This document shows positions 56,603-58,744 of a stretch of DNA of 58,744 nt, piece after piece. Source of the stretch: Spirochaetaceae bacterium (GTDB taxonomy: Bacteria > Spirochaetota > Spirochaetia > DSM-27196 > SLAA01); contig PWQX01000121.1 of assembly GCA_003556605.1 (NCBI GenBank), forward strand, positions 1-58,744. Direction: 5' to 3'. The notes under the pieces were generated by a model. It did no database searches. It was not told where the DNA came from and worked only from the letters and a program-made list of their open reading frames with translations. The position numbers and the translations under genes were made by a program. The first letter of the stretch is position 1. Each line of letters begins with the position of its first letter.

Positions 56603-56893
56603 TTACTGCTTTCGAAAGGTGATAACTTCCTCGACCTCAAGCGAATCGACGATGCCGACGATCGCGGCATCTACCGGTTTCCCTTGGGTGTACTGAGTCT
56701 CACGGGCGCTGCTGCCTTCGCTAATCAAGACAAGCTCACTGTCGCCTGCTCCGACAGTGTCTGCAGCGACGAACGGTTCGCCGGTCACTTCGTTTGCGGG
56801 TGTGGTTTTGGCCACGACCAACAGTTTCAGTCCTGTAAGGCTAGGATCCTTTGCCGTTGAAACTGCGGAACCCAAAACTCGCGCTATGATCAT
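56603..56893 (-). CDS. eutN: BMC-P vertex protein (EutN/CcmL family)
   Basis: MIIARVLGSAVSTAKDPSLTGLKLLVV...AADTVGAGDSELVLISEGSSAR...DAAIVGIVD is the classic EutN/CcmL pattern. Start trimmed to ATG 56893. Confidence 0.85.
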   Translation of the reverse strand: MIIARVLGSAVSTAKDPSLTGLKLLVVAKTTPANEVTGEPFVAADTVGAGDSELVLISEGSSARETQYTQGKPVDAAIVGIVDSLEVEEVITFRKQ

Positions 56894-57010
56894 GAGGTAC
56901 TCTCCAGTATACGCCACAGAGGCTGCGATGCCCGTGCAAAACGGCACATCGTATCATCCAGGATAAGCCCACCTATCGGATAACGCAAGCGAAATCGGCT
57001 GTGACGTTTG

Positions 57011-58045
57011 TTACATCAGGGGCACACCCCGTGCTCGACAAACCTCTACGGTCTTTTCGGGCCACACCCCGGCCTGCACCTCACCGATGTGAGCTTTGCG
57101 TAGGAAGTACATACACAGGCGCGATTGCCCGATGCCGCCGCCGATAGTTTCCGGGTACTCGCCTGCCAACAGGCGCCGGTGCCAGTAGAGGCTGCGCCGT
57201 CCTTCGGCTCCGCATAGCTCGAGTTGGCGCAACAGCGCTTCCTTGTTGACGCGAATGCCCATGGAAGAGAGTTCTAATGGACGGTTGATCACCGAGTTCC
57301 AGATGATTATGTCGCCGTTGAGACCGCGGTAGCCGTCCGGAGTCTCGCTGGACCAGTCGTCATAGTCGGGCGCACGCGCGCCGTGCGGTCTGCCGTCGCT
57401 CAAAGCCGCGCCGATTCCAATCAAGAAAACCGCCTCGTATTCCCTGGCCAACTCGTATTCACGCTCTTCGGGGGTGAGGTGCGGGTAGCGTTGCAGCGCT
57501 TCCTCGGTGTGTACAAAGGTGATGGCTTCCGGCAGTGCCGGTTCGATAGCCGGAAAGTGTTCGCACACGACAAACTCGGTACGCTTGATAACCTCATACA
57601 GCTTGCGGACCACTCGCCGCAGCGTCTCAGCCGAGCGTTCCGGGGGAAACAACACCAGCTCCCAGTCCCACTGATCCACATAGATAGAGTGTACCGCGTC
57701 CAGCTCGTCATCGGGCCGCAGGGCGTTCATATCGGTGTAGATTCCGAAGCCCGGTCGGTAATCATAATCAGCGAGCGCCAGGCGCTTCCATTTTGCGAGG
57801 GACTGTACTACCTCCATCTCGGCGTGATCGAGGGCGGCAACCGTGAATTGTACCGGACGCTCGGCTCCACTCAAGTCGTCGTTGATCCCGGACCCGCGTG
57901 GCACAAACAACGGGGAGGTGACCCGGCTGAGGCGAAGCTCCGCCGCCAAACCGCGTTCAAAGCTGTCCTTCACAAGCTTAATGCCCAGCTCGGTCCGCTT
58001 GAGATCTAGAATGGGCTGATAGTCGGGGGGGATCAGTGTTTGCAT
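57011..58045 (-). CDS. asnA: Aspartate-ammonia ligase (asparagine synthetase A)
   Basis: The N-terminus (LKRTELGIKLVKDSFERGLAAELRLSRVTSPLFV) and class-II aaRS-like core (SIYVDQWDWE, GGGIGQSRLCM) are typical of AsnA. Confidence 0.9.
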   Translation of the reverse strand: MQTLIPPDYQPILDLKRTELGIKLVKDSFERGLAAELRLSRVTSPLFVPRGSGINDDLSGAERPVQFTVAALDHAEMEVVQSLAKWKRLALADYDYRPGFGIYTDMNALRPDDELDAVHSIYVDQWDWELVLFPPERSAETLRRVVRKLYEVIKRTEFVVCEHFPAIEPALPEAITFVHTEEALQRYPHLTPEEREYELAREYEAVFLIGIGAALSDGRPHGARAPDYDDWSSETPDGYRGLNGDIIIWNSVINRPLELSSMGIRVNKEALLRQLELCGAEGRRSLYWHRRLLAGEYPETIGGGIGQSRLCMYFLRKAHIGEVQAGVWPEKTVEVCRARGVPLM

Positions 58046-58130
58046 ACCCCGGATTCTGCCCGAAATCACCACACGGGAAAAGAGGTCTAAGCAACGAGTG
58101 TCGAATCGTTTCGAATCCTAGATCCAGAGC

Positions 58131-58159
58131 TTTACATGCATACCCGAATACAGTATAGT
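58131..58159 (+). promoter_or_regulatory. Sigma70-type promoter for the RRM RNA-binding protein gene
   Basis: TTTACA (58131-58136), an exact 17-nt spacer, then TATAGT (58154-58159). This predicts a ~130-nt 5' leader. Confidence 0.55.
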
Positions 58160-58294
58160 TTAAGCTTCAAGACGGATCTCGTGAACTGCTTATTCGGTTA
58201 GGCCTTCCGCTTCGTTCGGTGACCATCCAGTTAAAGCGCGTCCACCGGTTCCGTATCACAATGTGTCTGCATTCGCAGAAGGAGAGACTCTTTT

Positions 58295-58585
58295 ATGGCT
58301 ACGAAACTGTATGTGGGTAACCTCAACTTCCAAACCGAAGAACGCGATTTGCGTGATCTCTTTGGTCAGCACGGAGAGGTTGTATCTTTGAACATCATTA
58401 CTGACCGTGAAACCGGGCGATCGCGCGGTTTCGGGTTTGTCGAGATGGCCGATAGCGAAGCTGCGCGCAGCGCAGAATCGGCGCTGGATGGCAGTGAATT
58501 CGACGGGCGCCAGCTCAAGGTGAATGAAGCAAAACCGCGCAACGGCGGCGGCGGCGGCGGCGGCGGATATAGCCGTCGCTACTAA
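58295..58585 (+). CDS. RRM-domain RNA-binding protein with Gly-rich tail
   Basis: RNP2 KLYVGNL, RNP1 RGFGFVEM, C-terminal GGGGGGGGYSRRY. GGAGAG RBS. Confidence 0.9.
   Translation: MATKLYVGNLNFQTEERDLRDLFGQHGEVVSLNIITDRETGRSRGFGFVEMADSEAARSAESALDGSEFDGRQLKVNEAKPRNGGGGGGGGYSRRY
58543..58566 (+). repeat. (CGG)8 trinucleotide repeat encoding the poly-Gly tract
   Basis: Eight perfect consecutive CGG units, counted directly, inside the RNA-binding protein CDS. Confidence 0.95.
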
Positions 58586-58612
58586 AGCGCATCTTCAGCA
58601 AGAGCAACCGAT

Positions 58613-58652
58613 CGGCAGGCAGGCCATTCATGGCTCGCCTGCCGTTTTTTTT
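58613..58652 (+). terminator. Rho-independent terminator
   Basis: CGGCAGGC (58613-58620) pairs with GCCTGCCG (58637-58644), with extra inner GC pairs, followed by T8 (58645-58652). It lies 27 nt after the stop codon. Confidence 0.8.
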
Positions 58653-58744
58653 GGTGCGCCCGGCAGGGAAGCTTATCTGCCGGGCTTTGATTTGCGGCGG
58701 CATTCGCGGTGATGCACCTCCTTTCCGCTTGAGCGCAGCTCCCA

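Noticed and set aside
1-58744. Search by eye for CRISPR arrays, tRNA/rRNA/tmRNA/SRP RNA, IS elements, integrases or att-like long direct repeats.
   Set aside because: No regularly spaced repeats, cloverleaf-like segments, conserved SRP or RNase P motifs, or transposase/integrase-like ORFs were seen. A tRNAscan/Infernal/ISfinder run would be the definitive check.

Overview
GC-rich (about 60% by eye) bacterial chromosomal window with about 60 protein-coding genes. I found no rRNA, tRNA, CRISPR array, transposase or integrase. The phylum cannot be assigned from the sequence alone.

Gene content, left to right:
- A Dpp/Opp-type peptide ABC operon, 5'-truncated by the window edge.
- ychF, an MscS channel, and a coiled-coil protein plus patatin pair.
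- purK-purE, an AI-2E transporter, and a RelA/SpoT small-alarmone-synthetase::TPR fusion.
- A glutaredoxin-like plus ferredoxin-thioredoxin-reductase-like pair.
- A visibly AT-richer orphan 527-aa gene.
- ogt, hflX-galE, a thioredoxin-like protein, a YARHG protein, aroK and a URO-D-family protein.
- A larA-like/gnd/HAD operon facing an SDR gene across an ~800-bp gap.
- GNAT plus a 3' remnant of an ABC-F ATPase.
- A sugar-alcohol/phosphodiester-type island: Cof phosphatase, PfkB kinase, AroE-like dehydrogenase, DeoR-like regulator, UgpBAE-like importer without ATPase, and a cytosolic GDPD.
- A ThiBPQ/FbpABC-type importer, a 765-aa membrane alpha/beta-hydrolase, and a formamidase-family protein with a zinc-ribbon insert.
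- asd behind a clear lysine riboswitch.
- A 13-gene ethanolamine-utilisation microcompartment (Eut BMC) operon at 46.5-56.9 kb on the minus strand.
- asnA and an RRM-type RNA-binding protein.

The best candidate for something new is the Eut locus.
- It is compact and lacks any phosphotransacetylase, alcohol dehydrogenase, permease or regulator.
- It carries a CcmP/CsoS1D-like stacked BMC-T in addition to EutL.
- It ends with an unannotatable 119-aa protein. That protein shares an N-terminal ~40-aa module with EutQ and the adenosyltransferase, and has an encapsulation-peptide-like C-terminus.

All functional calls come from motif recognition by eye. No searches were run. Start codons are best guesses.
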